Source: a virus. From it: 64,000 bases of DNA. The notes beneath the pieces were generated by a model. The model ran no database searches, was not told where the DNA came from, and saw only the letters and a list, made by a program, of their open reading frames with translations. The stretch lies in the IMG/VR virus record IMGVR_UViG_3300045988_149609; one strand, given 5' to 3'. Positions within the stretch are counted from its first letter, which is position 1; each line of letters starts with the position of its first letter. The translations under genes were made by a program, and so were the position numbers. Positions 17,378 to 25,991 of this stretch are shown here, one piece after another.

Positions 17378-17641
17378 ATGGATAATTACAATAAAATTAT
17401 AAATAAAAATCATGCGCCTAATTCTTTACAAATTAGTTGTTTAAAAGATATAGTTGCAGGAAAAGATTTTGAATTACAAAGTGGATTCTTAATTAAGAAT
17501 AATACAGATGAAGATTTACAAGTAACTATTATTCCTTTAGATGGTGAGGAAGAGATTACTACAACTATGTATATAGGATGGAATCCTGAATTAGTAAAGA
17601 AAGTTATTAACGCTCCTTCGGGACTTCAATACGGATATTAA
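17378..17641 (+). CDS. Hypothetical protein (87 aa)
   Basis: The ORF-track start at 17333 lies in the terminator stem, so it is moved to the in-frame ATG at 17378. Confidence 0.35.
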   Translation: MDNYNKIINKNHAPNSLQISCLKDIVAGKDFELQSGFLIKNNTDEDLQVTIIPLDGEEEITTTMYIGWNPELVKKVINAPSGLQYGY

Positions 17642-17642
17642 T

Positions 17643-18431
17643 ATGGGAACAGCTATTACGGGAACACAAATGCGTACACCTAAAGCTTCTGTTGTAACAG
17701 AATTACCAGATAAAGGTGTAAGTAATAAAATATATTATGTACCTAATGGTACTACAGGTGATAATAAATATGATGAATATATTTGGATAAAAGATGCTGA
17801 ACATCCTAATGGATACTTTGAAAAAGTAGGTCAGAAAGATATTGATTTAGAACCTTATGCTTTAACAGAAGAAGTTGATAAAAAACTAAAAACTAAAGTT
17901 GATAAAGTTATAGGGAAAGAGCTTTCAACTAATGATTTTACTAATGAATTAAAGCAAACACTTGAAGATCTTAATTCATGGAATTATATAGGTATTTTAT
18001 CTAGTTGGAATGGTATTGCTAAATTAACTACAGAATCTACTGAAGCTGATATATTAAATGCATTAACCATAACTCCTTTAAGAGGAAATAAAATTAATAC
18101 TAAAACTGAATTATTTAAAGTTTTAGATCAATGTGCTATTAATAAGAAATTCTTAAAAGAATCCAGTACTAATGCTCATGTATTTGTAGAACATATTGGT
18201 TCTTGCTATGTAATTCAAATATTAGGTAATAAGGCAGCTGTATTAAATGGCAATTTAGTAGGAACACCTGTTCTTAGACATATTACTATTTCTGCTAATT
18301 CAAATGAAACACTTACTGTACGTAAAAATCCATTTGAAATTAAATTAGAAGATATTAATAAAAAAGTAGCTAATTTAGAAACACAAGTAAAAGATTTAAC
18401 TGATAGAATCACAGCACTTGAAACTAAATAA
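17643..18431 (+). CDS. Hypothetical virion protein with C-terminal coiled coil (262 aa); possible fibre/collar
   Basis: ORF with heptad repeats ANLETQVKDLTDRITALE at the C-terminus. Confidence 0.35.
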   Translation: MGTAITGTQMRTPKASVVTELPDKGVSNKIYYVPNGTTGDNKYDEYIWIKDAEHPNGYFEKVGQKDIDLEPYALTEEVDKKLKTKVDKVIGKELSTNDFTNELKQTLEDLNSWNYIGILSSWNGIAKLTTESTEADILNALTITPLRGNKINTKTELFKVLDQCAINKKFLKESSTNAHVFVEHIGSCYVIQILGNKAAVLNGNLVGTPVLRHITISANSNETLTVRKNPFEIKLEDINKKVANLETQVKDLTDRITALETK

Positions 18432-18455
18432 TATTTAATTAAAAACTATAATAAT

Positions 18456-18575
18456 ATGGGAATTAAAATTAAAGGTAGACCAAAACCTATTACTCCAAAA
18501 GCAGGTATAACTCATGGTAAGTATGCAATGGGTGGTAAATTAAAGAAAGGTGGTAAGAAATCTAAAAAGTGTTAG
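18456..18575 (+). CDS. Very small Lys/Gly-rich basic peptide (39 aa)
   Basis: Short ATG to TAG ORF in the gap. Compositionally biased and speculative. Confidence 0.2.
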   Translation: MGIKIKGRPKPITPKAGITHGKYAMGGKLKKGGKKSKKC

Positions 18576-18576
18576 T

Positions 18577-18981
18577 ATGTATAATAAAGTATGGTATAAA
18601 ATATTTTTAATAATCTTGAAATATATTCCTGCTATTATTACAATATTTTATGTATTAAATACTTTTCTGTCTTTTGTAGGTATAGATACTTTCTGGATGA
18701 GTTATGTTTCAGGAATATCTATACTTACTTGGATATTTTTATATGTATCTAGTTTTGTTTTTAATTATTGTATTTATCATAGATTATTCTTATATTATAT
18801 AGCTTTAAATGATATAATAACAATAATAGATTATCATTACAAAATACCTATTAAAAATGAAACTTTATTTATGTTACATAGTATTTTATTAGGTATTTTT
18901 ATTATATTAATTGTAATTAAATATGTTACAAATCATAAAAAGAATACTACTAAAAATAGTAGACAATATAGATTCAGGTAA
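18577..18981 (+). CDS. Multi-pass membrane protein (3-4 TM); holin candidate
   Basis: Hydrophobic helices IFLIILKYIPAIITIFYVL, ISILTWIFLYVSSFVF and LHSILLGIFIILIVI. It heads a lysis-like cassette. An alternative start is at 18550. Confidence 0.35.
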   Translation: MYNKVWYKIFLIILKYIPAIITIFYVLNTFLSFVGIDTFWMSYVSGISILTWIFLYVSSFVFNYCIYHRLFLYYIALNDIITIIDYHYKIPIKNETLFMLHSILLGIFIILIVIKYVTNHKKNTTKNSRQYRFR

Positions 18982-18988
18982 TTCTAAT

Positions 18989-19249
18989 ATGACTTCTTCA
19001 GATCAGTTGAAAATATTAGAAGTGCTAAAAGAATATACAGATAAAGAAGTAAGACTTAGTAAATATCAAGCTTGTAAATATATAGGATTAAGTAGAGCTT
19101 TTTTTGATAATTATGCTAGATTTGGTTCTTTACCTAAAGGTATAAAACAACAAGGATTTAAAGAATTATTTTGGACAAAGAAATCTTTAGATAAATTTCT
19201 AAAGGAAAGAGAAAAGAAAGAGAAGAAAAAAGAAAAGAATAACGTATGA
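18989..19249 (+). CDS. Small putative HTH DNA-binding protein (AlpA/excisionase-like)
   Basis: LSKYQACKYIGLSRAFFDNYARFGSLPKG resembles HTH_17 / AlpA motifs. The start is chosen at the internal ATG after the upstream stop. Confidence 0.3.
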   Translation: MTSSDQLKILEVLKEYTDKEVRLSKYQACKYIGLSRAFFDNYARFGSLPKGIKQQGFKELFWTKKSLDKFLKEREKKEKKKEKNNV

Positions 19250-19638
19250 AATATTTTTATGTATTCATAGTTTTACTTTTATGTATTAGTTGTAAAACTA
19301 AATATCAATGTGTAGAAGTACCAAAGGAAATAATAAAAGTTGAGTATAAAGATAAATTGATACATGATAGTATTTATAATATAGATAGTATTTATATTAA
19401 AGAAAAGAATGATACAATTTATTATTTTAAAACTAAAATTCAATATAAATATAAATATATTAAAGATACTATTTTTAATACAGATACTATTAAAACTACA
19501 ACTATTAAACCAATAGAAGTTACAAAAGAAATAGTTACAAATAAAATTAAATGGCATCAAAAAATCTTTATGTGGTTAGGAGGAGTATTTATGTTATTTA
19601 TAATATATAAATTAACAAAATACATTAAGAGAGAATGA
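19246..19638 (+). CDS. Putative lipoprotein with N-terminal signal/lipobox-like Cys and C-terminal TM helix (spanin-like)
   Basis: N-terminus MKYFYVFIVLLLCISCK. C-terminus IFMWLGGVFMLFIIY. Confidence 0.3.
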   Translation: MKYFYVFIVLLLCISCKTKYQCVEVPKEIIKVEYKDKLIHDSIYNIDSIYIKEKNDTIYYFKTKIQYKYKYIKDTIFNTDTIKTTTIKPIEVTKEIVTNKIKWHQKIFMWLGGVFMLFIIYKLTKYIKRE

Positions 19639-19955
19639 TTGATTTAGGTGTAATAATTACAGCTTTAGTAGGAATAATGACGAGTGGTGCTACAAGTTGG
19701 ATTACTTGGTTTCTTACTAAAAAGAAATATAATGCAGAAGTTGATGGAGCATTGTTAGATAATATGAAAGAATCACTTAATTTTTATAAAGAATTAAGTG
19801 AAGATAATAAAAGAAGATTAGAAGATGTTTTGGATAGAAACAAACAATTAGAAAAGGAAGTTTCAGATCTTCGTAGACAAGTTACAGCAATGCTTAGTAC
19901 AATATGTACAGATTTAACTTGTATGCATAGAATAAGTAAAAATTTAGAGGATTAA
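19635..19955 (+). CDS. Type II membrane protein with N-terminal TM and coiled coil (i-spanin-like)
   Basis: N-terminus LGVIITALVGIMTSGATSWITWFL followed by a heptad coiled coil. ATGA overlap with the upstream gene. Confidence 0.35.
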   Translation: MIDLGVIITALVGIMTSGATSWITWFLTKKKYNAEVDGALLDNMKESLNFYKELSEDNKRRLEDVLDRNKQLEKEVSDLRRQVTAMLSTICTDLTCMHRISKNLED

Positions 19956-19959
19956 ATAA

Positions 19960-20439
19960 ATGAAAATTGTTGTAGATAGAAAATATAAAAAGTCAACATA
20001 TACAATAAGTAATCTTACTATTGATGGTAAATGGTTTTGTAATGTTGTAGAAGATACAGATAGAAATTTAGATAATACAATGTCTGTTACTCACATACAA
20101 AAGGTTAAAGATGTTAATGGTAATGGTGTAAATGATGATGCAATTACTGCAATACCAAGAGGAACATATAAAGTTACACTTGATGTAGTTTCTCCTAAAT
20201 TTAGTAAAAAGGATTATTATAAAAAGTTTTGTAATGGTAAAGTTCCTAGATTACTCAATGTACCAGGTTTTGATGGCGTTCTAATGCATTGTGGATCTAC
20301 TGCTAAAAGTAGTGCTGGTTGTTTAATTTTAGGCTATAATAAAATTAAAGGTGGAGTTGTTGATTCACAAAAAGCTTTTGAAACAGTATATAAGGAATTA
20401 TTAAAAGATAAAAATAATATCACAATTGAAATTAAATAA
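19960..20439 (+). CDS. Putative peptidoglycan-active enzyme with YkuD-like (L,D-transpeptidase fold) His…Cys motif; endolysin candidate
   Basis: LMHCGSTAKSSAGCLILG resembles the L,D-TPase signature H-G-x(n)-S-x-G-C-[IV]-R. Last gene of the lysis-like cassette. Confidence 0.3.
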   Translation: MKIVVDRKYKKSTYTISNLTIDGKWFCNVVEDTDRNLDNTMSVTHIQKVKDVNGNGVNDDAITAIPRGTYKVTLDVVSPKFSKKDYYKKFCNGKVPRLLNVPGFDGVLMHCGSTAKSSAGCLILGYNKIKGGVVDSQKAFETVYKELLKDKNNITIEIK

Positions 20440-20490
20440 TTAGCAGGTTCTTGCTAAATTGTTCTTAGTGTTTTCATGATGTTTATTTGA

Positions 20491-20523
20491 GGAGTAGTAA
20501 CATTAGTTATTACTCCTTTTTAT
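20491..20523 (+). terminator. Intrinsic terminator
   Basis: 10-bp stem GGAGTAGTAA / TTATTACTCC with loop CATTAG, then TTTTTAT. Confidence 0.55.
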
Positions 20524-20586
20524 GTTTAATTTTGTGATGTAAGCTTACAAAAATATTGTTTATTAATCCTTTAAATAAATAAAATT

Positions 20587-21495
20587 ATGTCAGAAGAAGC
20601 AACTAAAACTTATGTATTTGGACAAGATAATAATAGTTTATTGTCTATGTTAGCTCCATTATGTCAACAAAGAGGTGTTGATCCAAATGTTCTTTTAGCA
20701 ATGAAAGATAAAAATAGTTTTGGAGATGGTGGCTTTCTATGGGTTATCTTCCTCTTCTTCCTTATGGGATGGGGTGGTTATGGTAATGGATTTGGCTTTG
20801 GTGGTAGAAATGGTGAAGGTCTTGCTAATCAAATTAATAATGATTATGGTAGAGACTTACTCCTTCAAGCTATTAATGGGAATGGTAATGCTATTAGTCA
20901 ACTTTCCACTACTCTTAATTGTGATATTAATGCTGTGCAGAATGCAATAAATGCAGTAAATAATAATGTAAGTAGTGTAGGTAATCAAGTAGGTATGACT
21001 GGTCAGCAAATTGTTAATTCTATTCAAAGTGGTAATCAACAAATTGCTGCTCAATTAGCTCAATGCTGCTGCAATACACAGCAGTCTATTCTTAAAATGG
21101 GTTATGATAATCAAATAGCAACACTTAATCAAACAAATCAGTTAAGTGGTAAAGTTGATACAAATACCTCACAAGTAACTAATGCTATTGCTAATCAAAC
21201 TGCATTATTAAATGATAAATTCTGTCAACTTGAAATGAGAGATATGCAGTCTAAGATTAATCAGTTACAAGAAGAAAAGAGTACTTTGCAGAATCATATA
21301 AGTAATTCAAATCAAACTTCACAGATTCAAAGCTACATTGCAAGTGTAGTTAATCCAATTGCTCAAGAAGTTAATGCTATAAAATGCGCACAACCAAATA
21401 CAGTTACTGTTCCTTATCAACCTTTTGTTACAGTTCCTAATTGTGCTGCTTATCAGTTAGGTTTAGTTAATGGTAATCAAAATCTTTGGTTTTAA
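20587..21495 (+). CDS. Gly/Asn/Gln-rich protein with one TM segment (302 aa)
   Basis: FLWVIFLFFLMGWGGYGNGFGFGGRNGEG, CCC, N/Q-rich repeats. Codon usage shifts towards G/C-ending codons. Confidence 0.4.
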   Translation: MSEEATKTYVFGQDNNSLLSMLAPLCQQRGVDPNVLLAMKDKNSFGDGGFLWVIFLFFLMGWGGYGNGFGFGGRNGEGLANQINNDYGRDLLLQAINGNGNAISQLSTTLNCDINAVQNAINAVNNNVSSVGNQVGMTGQQIVNSIQSGNQQIAAQLAQCCCNTQQSILKMGYDNQIATLNQTNQLSGKVDTNTSQVTNAIANQTALLNDKFCQLEMRDMQSKINQLQEEKSTLQNHISNSNQTSQIQSYIASVVNPIAQEVNAIKCAQPNTVTVPYQPFVTVPNCAAYQLGLVNGNQNLWF

Positions 21496-21509
21496 GAAAG
21501 GAGGTGACT

Positions 21510-21833
21510 ATGGCTATTAATATAAGATACCTTAGTAATATGAATGGTATTCCTAGATTAGAATCAAATAGTGTTGCAGTAAATACTGCAAATGTAGTAT
21601 TTACCTTTACTAATCCTGGCCCTAGATTTAATAATGAGTATAATGGTTTAGTATTATTGAAATTTAATCAAATAATACCAACAGGTACAACAGGAACATT
21701 ACCAATATTAATAAATAACCAAGCAATTACAACATATAATGGTGCAGCTTTAACTGTTACTGCTTTTAAAGGCACAGGTATTTATTTGGCTTATTATGAT
21801 AGTGGTAGTAAAACTTTACAAATTATAGATTAA
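21510..21833 (+). CDS. Small beta-rich virion-like protein (107 aa)
   Basis: A strong Shine-Dalgarno AAAGGAGGTGA lies 3 nt upstream of ATG 21510. The ORF-track start at 21486 is rejected. Confidence 0.4.
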   Translation: MAINIRYLSNMNGIPRLESNSVAVNTANVVFTFTNPGPRFNNEYNGLVLLKFNQIIPTGTTGTLPILINNQAITTYNGAALTVTAFKGTGIYLAYYDSGSKTLQIID

Positions 21834-21850
21834 TATTAAAACTATAGAAT

Positions 21851-22375
21851 ATGTTTCAATCATTAAGACAAAATAGTCCAATTTATATATTTCATAAAAT
21901 AGATAATCCTTATTTAGAAATAGGAACTATATCAACAATCAGTTTACCTAAACCTAAATATGCAGTTCCTGCTACTTTCAATAATACACAAGAAATGTGT
22001 GTAGATATTGTAGTTAAAATAAATAATAATGTTGTTAACTATAATAATTTACCTGCAACTCTTGATATTGCTGATAGTACTAGTAATGGAGATAACATTG
22101 TAATTGCTTCAAGTAAAGAAGCAATGAATGCTGAAATACTTAGTTTAAAACAAAAAAGTATTGATGAATTAAATAGGAAAGAATATAATGAAAATATAGT
22201 TAGAAATTGTGATAAAATATTGGCAGACTTAAATCCTGAATTTGCAGAGAAACAAGCACAAAAAGCTGAAATAGATTCTTTAAAATTGCAAATGCAAGAA
22301 ATGTCTAAAAATATGCAAAGTCTTATTGAATTAAATAAACAATTAATGAAACAAACTTCTAATAATAAAGAATAA
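21851..22375 (+). CDS. Hypothetical protein with C-terminal coiled coil (174 aa)
   Basis: ORF only. Confidence 0.35.
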   Translation: MFQSLRQNSPIYIFHKIDNPYLEIGTISTISLPKPKYAVPATFNNTQEMCVDIVVKINNNVVNYNNLPATLDIADSTSNGDNIVIASSKEAMNAEILSLKQKSIDELNRKEYNENIVRNCDKILADLNPEFAEKQAQKAEIDSLKLQMQEMSKNMQSLIELNKQLMKQTSNNKE

Positions 22376-22379
22376 AACT

Positions 22380-22583
22380 ATGAAACTTTGGGAATTAAGA
22401 GAAAACGCATCATCTAGAGATTCATATCCTAGAAGGAATAGAGAAGATGATTATGAATACCCTATGAAAAATAGAGGTAGATATGAAGAAGATGAAGAAT
22501 GTGATGATTATGAAGAAGGTTATAAAGCTGGTTATAAAGCAGCAAAAAGAAAATACTCTCACATGATAGAAGATAGATATTAA
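22380..22583 (+). CDS. Small highly acidic protein (67 aa)
   Basis: D/E/Y-rich ORF. Confidence 0.3.
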   Translation: MKLWELRENASSRDSYPRRNREDDYEYPMKNRGRYEEDEECDDYEEGYKAGYKAAKRKYSHMIEDRY

Positions 22584-22594
22584 TTATTAACTAA

Positions 22595-22619
22595 GGGAGT
22601 AGTAATACTCCCTTTTATT
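22595..22619 (+). terminator. Intrinsic terminator
   Basis: Stem GGGAGTA / TACTCCC with loop GTAA, then TTTTATT. It shares the GGAGTAGTAA core with the 20491 terminator. Confidence 0.55.
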
Positions 22620-22629
22620 ATTTACAATT

Positions 22630-23037
22630 ATGAGATTAGATATATATGAAAAGTTACCATCTGGAATGAAAGAATATCTTACTTATTATGGATGGCATTT
22701 TAATAAAAAGATGTGTGAATTTGCTTGTAAAAATATGTATAAGACTGATAGTAATGGACATAAAGAATATATACAAATTTATACCAAAGAACAAATAGAT
22801 GATTTACTTAAATCTTATAATATAAAACTACATGACAATACATATGATTATGTATATATAGGTAATATGTGTAGAGCAGATTTTTATGGTTCTTCAATAA
22901 CAGATGAGCATAAATTATGTCTTTATATTAAAGATGTAGTTGAAGATAATGATGCTTATGAAGGTATGATTTTTACAAGATTTTATGCTGATTGTATAGG
23001 TAGTGGTACACCAATTTATTGGGAAGATTTTATTTAA
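22630..23037 (+). CDS. Hypothetical protein (135 aa)
   Basis: ORF only. Confidence 0.35.
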   Translation: MRLDIYEKLPSGMKEYLTYYGWHFNKKMCEFACKNMYKTDSNGHKEYIQIYTKEQIDDLLKSYNIKLHDNTYDYVYIGNMCRADFYGSSITDEHKLCLYIKDVVEDNDAYEGMIFTRFYADCIGSGTPIYWEDFI

Positions 23038-23105
23038 AAATAACAAGTTTTTAATGTATATATTATTAATGTATTTAAAACGTATTCTTAAACTATAAAT
23101 ATACT

Positions 23106-23113
23106 TAATTTTG
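23106..23113 (+). promoter_or_regulatory. -7 box TAATTTTGca upstream of scaffold-like gene; SD-like AAGGAG at 23124-23130
   Basis: Recurring motif. No clear -33 TTTG. Confidence 0.3.
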
Positions 23114-23136
23114 CACTAAAATTTAAGGAGAAATTT

Positions 23137-24354
23137 ATGGAAGTAATTAATTTTAGCGCAGATAATATAATACCAGAATCAGAAGTAGAACAACTTCTAA
23201 ATGGTACAGAATCTGCTTCAGATAGTTCTTCAAATGATACTACATCTAGTGATGAATCTAATGAATCTAATGTAAGTACATCAGCTGAAGAAGATAACAA
23301 TGAAAACAAAACTGTTTCTGCCGAGGGTTTAACTTTTGATGATAAGTTAGAATTTCCAGAGAGCGTAGGTGGAGAAGAAGATAATGATATAAGTCAGAAT
23401 CAAGATGATGGAGAAAACTCCTCTGAGCTAGAGGATAATATTTCTCCTAAACAAAACTTCTACTCTTCCATTACAAATGCTCTTGCAGAAGATGGGGTTT
23501 TCTCTAATCTTGATGATGATGCTCTTTCTAATATAGAAACACCTGAAGATTTTTCAGCATTAATTGATGAAGAAATTAGTAGGAGAATGGATGAAAGACA
23601 GAGAAGAATTGAAATGGCATTAAATAATAATGTACCTTCTACTGAAATTCAAGCTTATGAACAAACACTTAATGGTTTGTCACAGATTACTAATGATGTA
23701 TTAGATGCTGAAACAGAACAAGGAGAAACAATAAGAAAGAATTTAATATATCAAGATTATGTTAATAAAGGGTTTACACCTGAAAGAGCAACTAAAGAAG
23801 TACAGAAATCTTTAAATGCTGGTACTGATATTGAAGATGCAAAAGAATGTTTACAAAGCTGTATAGATTTTTACAATAATCAATATCAACAATTATTGAC
23901 TAATGCTGAAAATGAAAAACAACAAGAGCAACAAGCCATTCAAAATAGAGCAAAAAATATAGAAACTTCTATTATGAATGATAAAGATCTTTTAGGAGGT
24001 TTAGAAATTGATAATAATACTAGAAAAAGAACAATTTCTAATATTTCAAAAGCAGCATATAGAGATAATGAAACAGGTGAATATTTAACAGAACTTCAGA
24101 AGTATCAAAGAGAAAATGAAGATGCTTTTATTAAGAATGTTGGATTGATTTTTACTCTTACTAATGGTTTTAAAGACTTTGATAAATTTGTTCAAAGTAA
24201 AGTAAAAAAGGAAGTTAAGAAAGGTATTAGAAATCTTGAAAACGTAATTAATAGTACTTCTAGAGGTAGTGATGGTTTACTTAAATTTGCAGGACAATAT
24301 GCAAAAGAAGATCCTAATTCATTTATTGGAAAAGGATGGAAATTAAATATTTAA
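23137..24354 (+). CDS. Highly acidic, S/D/E-rich coiled-coil protein immediately upstream of MCP; scaffolding-protein candidate
   Basis: Composition and position only. Confidence 0.35.
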   Translation: MEVINFSADNIIPESEVEQLLNGTESASDSSSNDTTSSDESNESNVSTSAEEDNNENKTVSAEGLTFDDKLEFPESVGGEEDNDISQNQDDGENSSELEDNISPKQNFYSSITNALAEDGVFSNLDDDALSNIETPEDFSALIDEEISRRMDERQRRIEMALNNNVPSTEIQAYEQTLNGLSQITNDVLDAETEQGETIRKNLIYQDYVNKGFTPERATKEVQKSLNAGTDIEDAKECLQSCIDFYNNQYQQLLTNAENEKQQEQQAIQNRAKNIETSIMNDKDLLGGLEIDNNTRKRTISNISKAAYRDNETGEYLTELQKYQRENEDAFIKNVGLIFTLTNGFKDFDKFVQSKVKKEVKKGIRNLENVINSTSRGSDGLLKFAGQYAKEDPNSFIGKGWKLNI

Positions 24355-24413
24355 TTCTTTATTGATTTATCTTGATTTATATATAATATGAATACTTTTA
24401 AATTTAATATATA

Positions 24414-25934
24414 ATGGCAGGTAAATTAGGTAAGTGGCAAGTAAAAGGCTTTACTTCATGGAAAGGTCTTACTAATAGAAACCACTTGTTAGCTGCTTTT
24501 GGTGCAGCTCCTCAAAAGGCAAGCAATATCATGGTTAAGTTGCTTGCTTATCAATTTGGTAACTTGACCAGCTCAACTTTGGAACAGTTACCTGTTAAGT
24601 ATTTCGATACTGATGAAGAATATACTTGGGATATTGTTGGTTCAAATCAACGTAATATTCCTTTGGTAGAAGCTAGAAATTATGCAGGTGAATCTCTTAC
24701 TGGTACAAAAGATATTGTAGGTAAGAATGGTGAACCTTTCTATCTTGTATTTCCTGAAGATTGGTTCTTCAGAAATGAAGTTCTTTTTGGTGAACTTAAT
24801 GAGCTTTATCCTATTAAAGTAATGGAGGAAGCTAAGATGGAAGGTACAAATGCTGTTTATAAATGCTATTTGTTTGGCCTTAATGAAGATGGTATTCCTG
24901 CTAAAAGACTTCAACCTGGTGAAAGATTCTCACATGAGTTTTCTCCTATTGAAAGAGAAATGTCACGTGAACAAGGTGGTATTAGATATTCAACTCCTGT
25001 AGAAATGAGAAATGAATGGTCTAGTATCAGAAAGAAACTTAAGATTAATAATGCAGCCATGATGGATCAAAAACTTATGGTTGGTGTACCTGTGATTAAA
25101 CCTCTTGCAAATGGTGGTTATCAAGAAGATACAGTACATTCTTGGTTGCTTTATTCAGATTATCTCTTTGAAGAAGAGTTCCGTGAAGAAAAGAATAGTG
25201 TGATGATGTTTGGTCGTTTAAATCGTGATGCTAATGGTATGTATCATGATGTAGGTGATTCAGGCTTTGTTATTAAACAAGGTAGTGGTCTTAGAGAGCA
25301 AATGGAATCAGCTAATACTATGTATTATAATACCTTTAGTTTGAAACTTATTGAAGATGCTCTTTATCAATTGAGTGCTTCTAAGTTAGGTATGGGTGAT
25401 AGAACATTTGTGATGAAAACAGGTGAAGTTGGTGCATTGCTTTTTCATAAAGCAGTATCAGATTTGACTTCTGGTTGGACTCAATTTATTATGGATAATA
25501 GTTCTATTGGTGCTATTAAGAAAACTAATTCTAATCTTCATACTAATTCTTTGAGTGCTGGTTTTCAGTTTACAGAGTTTAAAGCTCCTAATGGTGTTAC
25601 ACTTCAGGTAGAAGTTTCTCCTGAATATGATAATCCTGTTAGAAACAAGATGCTTGATGCTAATGGTAGACCTCTTGAAAGTGGTAGATTTGATATTTTG
25701 AAGATTGGTTCTATGGATCAACAAAATATCTTCAAATGTGAAATTAAGAATCGTCCTGAAGTTAGAGGTTATCAGCCTGGTTTGAGAGATCCTTTTACTG
25801 GTAAGCAAGTTAACTATATGAGTACTGATGAAGATTCATGCACTGTACATAAGATGGCAACATTTGGTGTATGTGTACTTGATCCTACTCGTACAATGTC
25901 TATTATTCCTGCACAACTTAGTGGTGTAGAGTAA
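24414..25934 (+). CDS. Major capsid protein candidate (506 aa)
   Basis: Size typical of crAss-like MCPs. Codon usage is distinct from neighbours (more CTT, TTG, CAG, GGT). A strong terminator follows directly. Confidence 0.5.
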   Translation: MAGKLGKWQVKGFTSWKGLTNRNHLLAAFGAAPQKASNIMVKLLAYQFGNLTSSTLEQLPVKYFDTDEEYTWDIVGSNQRNIPLVEARNYAGESLTGTKDIVGKNGEPFYLVFPEDWFFRNEVLFGELNELYPIKVMEEAKMEGTNAVYKCYLFGLNEDGIPAKRLQPGERFSHEFSPIEREMSREQGGIRYSTPVEMRNEWSSIRKKLKINNAAMMDQKLMVGVPVIKPLANGGYQEDTVHSWLLYSDYLFEEEFREEKNSVMMFGRLNRDANGMYHDVGDSGFVIKQGSGLREQMESANTMYYNTFSLKLIEDALYQLSASKLGMGDRTFVMKTGEVGALLFHKAVSDLTSGWTQFIMDNSSIGAIKKTNSNLHTNSLSAGFQFTEFKAPNGVTLQVEVSPEYDNPVRNKMLDANGRPLESGRFDILKIGSMDQQNIFKCEIKNRPEVRGYQPGLRDPFTGKQVNYMSTDEDSCTVHKMATFGVCVLDPTRTMSIIPAQLSGVE

Positions 25935-25944
25935 TAACATATAA

Positions 25945-25972
25945 GGTAATAGAGATTGGGTTCTCTATTACC
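25945..25972 (+). terminator. Strong intrinsic terminator after MCP gene
   Basis: Perfect 11-bp stem GGTAATAGAGA / TCTCTATTACC with a 6-nt loop and a T-rich tail. Confidence 0.65.
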
Positions 25973-25991
25973 TACTATTAATTTTATTTAT

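Noticed and set aside
18550-18576. ORF-track start of the membrane protein at 18550 versus internal ATG 18577
   Set aside because: Both are possible. 18577 was preferred because it begins right after the stop of the small upstream ORF and immediately precedes the first TM helix. It is not decisive.
24362-24380. Short direct repeat TTGATTTAT x2 upstream of the MCP gene; searched for CRISPR-like arrays
   Set aside because: It has only two 9-nt copies and no spacer-repeat periodicity. No CRISPR array is visible anywhere in the window.
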